DNA from: an uncultured Gemmatimonadales bacterium
Lineage (GTDB): Bacteria; Gemmatimonadota; Gemmatimonadetes; Longimicrobiales; RSA9
Assembly (NCBI GenBank): GCA_963708135.1
Contig: OY970192.1
Span: 64,001-128,000 of the forward strand
DNA length: 64,000 bases
Direction: 5' to 3'
Each line of letters starts with the position of its first letter. The stretch's first letter is position 1. Below, piece after piece: positions 62,635 to 64,000 of this stretch. A model generated the notes under the pieces. The model worked only from the letters and a program-made list of their open reading frames with translations. It ran no database searches and had not been told where the DNA came from. The translations under genes were made by a program, and so were the position numbers.

Positions 62635-63489
62635 GTGTCGCTGTCGAAGTCACTGCTGGCCGCGATTCCCGCGGCGGCGCTCATCGCTCTCCCGGCGCTG
62701 TCGGCGCCGGCCCCTGCCGGTCCGGTGGTCACGGTGGTGGCGACGGACTACCATCTGGCGCTGCCGGCGAGTCTGCCGGCGGGCGCGACGACGTTCCAGC
62801 TGGTGAACCACGGGCACGAGCTGCATCAGATGATGGTTGTCCGGCTCGAGCAGGGGAAGACGGAGGCGGACTTCATGGCCGCGCTCCGGAAGGCGGGGCC
62901 GAGCGGGCAGCTGCCGGCGTGGGCCGTCGGGGTCGGTGGTCCCAACGGCACGAGTCCGGGCGAGACATCGATCGCCACGACGGTGACGCTCCAGCCGGGC
63001 CACTACGTGGCGATGTGTGTGATCCCGAGCCCGGGCGGCACGCCGCACTTCATGAAGGGCATGATCACGCCGTTCACCGTGACGGCGGCACGGACGGCCA
63101 AGGCCGCACCGATGCCCGCGCCGGATGAGACGATCAAGCTGGTGGACTACACGTTCCAGTTCTCGAAGCCGCTGGCGGCGGGGCGACACGTGATCCGCGT
63201 GGTGAACGCGGGGACGCAGTGGCACGAGCTGGAGCTGGTCCGGCTGAATCCCGGCAAGACGGTGAAGGATCTGGAGGCGTGGGAGGGTGCGGTGGAGGCC
63301 GGCAAGCCGGCCGGCCCGCCGCCGGCGGACGCGCTGGGCGGCGTCGCCCCGCTGGATCCGGGGCACTCGGCCACCATGACCGTGGACCTCGCCCCCGGCC
63401 GCTACGGCATGCTCTGCTTCCTGCCCGCGAAGGCGGACGGCAAGCCGCACTTCATGCACGGAATGGCGATGGACGTTGATGTGAAGTAG
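62635..63489 (+). CDS. Secreted protein with two cupredoxin-like domains
   Basis: AGGAGG RBS plus GTG; signal peptide; two repeats of N.G...H...(G.Y..)C...PHFM.GM. Confidence 0.78.
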   Translation: MSLSKSLLAAIPAAALIALPALSAPAPAGPVVTVVATDYHLALPASLPAGATTFQLVNHGHELHQMMVVRLEQGKTEADFMAALRKAGPSGQLPAWAVGVGGPNGTSPGETSIATTVTLQPGHYVAMCVIPSPGGTPHFMKGMITPFTVTAARTAKAAPMPAPDETIKLVDYTFQFSKPLAAGRHVIRVVNAGTQWHELELVRLNPGKTVKDLEAWEGAVEAGKPAGPPPADALGGVAPLDPGHSATMTVDLAPGRYGMLCFLPAKADGKPHFMHGMAMDVDVK

Positions 63490-63566
63490 GGGCTCCGGCC
63501 TTGCGCGGGGCTCCGCGGGTCTCAACTTGGGGAGACCCCAGGAGCCCCTCTCGCGCTGGAGGACGC

Positions 63567-64000
63567 ATGGCCACGACGGTGCCCGGCAAGACGGAACCGT
63601 TCGTCCCCGCCGCGCAGTCGCTGCCGGAGATCACGGTCAAAGCGCTGGTCCTGGGCGTGATCCTGGCCGTGGTGCTGGCGGGGGCGAACGCGTATCTGGG
63701 GCTGTTCGCGGGGATGACGGTCTCGGCGTCGATCCCCGCGGCGGTCATCTCGATGGGCGTGCTGCGGCTCTTCAAGCGCTCGAACATCCTCGAAAACAAC
63801 ATCGTGCAGACGTGCGCCAGCGCGGGCGAGTCGCTGGCGGCGGGCGTGATCTTCACGCTGCCGGCGCTGGTCCTGCTCGGCCGCTGGGGGCACTTCGCCT
63901 TCTTCCAGACGATGCTGATCGCCGGGTTCGGCGGCGTGCTCGGCGTGTTGTTCACGGTGCCGCTGCGGCGGGCGCTCATCGTGGAGCAGAACCTCCAGTT
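63567..64000 (+). CDS. OPT-family oligopeptide transporter (3'-truncated by the window edge; absent from the ORF track)
   Basis: GGAGG RBS; EITVKALVLG..ANAYLGLFAGMTVSASIPAAVISM..SNILENNIVQTCASAGESLAAGVIFTLPAL. Confidence 0.93.
   Translation, partial: MATTVPGKTEPFVPAAQSLPEITVKALVLGVILAVVLAGANAYLGLFAGMTVSASIPAAVISMGVLRLFKRSNILENNIVQTCASAGESLAAGVIFTLPALVLLGRWGHFAFFQTMLIAGFGGVLGVLFTVPLRRALIVEQNLQ

Overview
A very GC-rich bacterial chromosome segment. The 16S rRNA and gene content suggest Gemmatimonadota, possibly Longimicrobiales-like; this is an inference that needs a 16S classifier. Most of the window is housekeeping and peptide-catabolism genes: gyrA; a long minus-strand run dnaE-accA-PSP1/ricT-metG-2x M16-like-fadJ-DUF402-dsbA; otsB, a CDF transporter, typA, many peptidases and amidohydrolases, iorAB-like genes and an OPT transporter. 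The notable structures are as follows. (1) A ~1.1 kb direct duplication around map brackets a lower-GC cargo (frameshifted S8 protease plus a beta-barrel-like gene), with gene remnants at both junctions, as expected from single-crossover integration without an integrase. (2) A 16S-tRNA-Ile unit ends in a terminator with no 23S/5S, and a second identical tRNA-Ile with its own promoter lies 9.3 kb downstream. (3) A promoter-bearing Asp/Glu/Trp mini-protein sits between typA and the 16S, and a Lys-rich mini-protein follows the tRNA. (4) Two related ~100 bp G-run tracts with G-quadruplex potential lie in divergent promoter regions. (5) A structured element precedes gyrA. (6) A translationally coupled module of SBP-like lipoprotein, histidine kinase and sigma-54 activator has tandem palindromic sites upstream of a TPR lipoprotein gene. 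(7) A secreted protein has two cupredoxin-like domains. No CRISPR array, transposase, integrase or phage genes were seen. All product calls come from motif recognition, not database searches.
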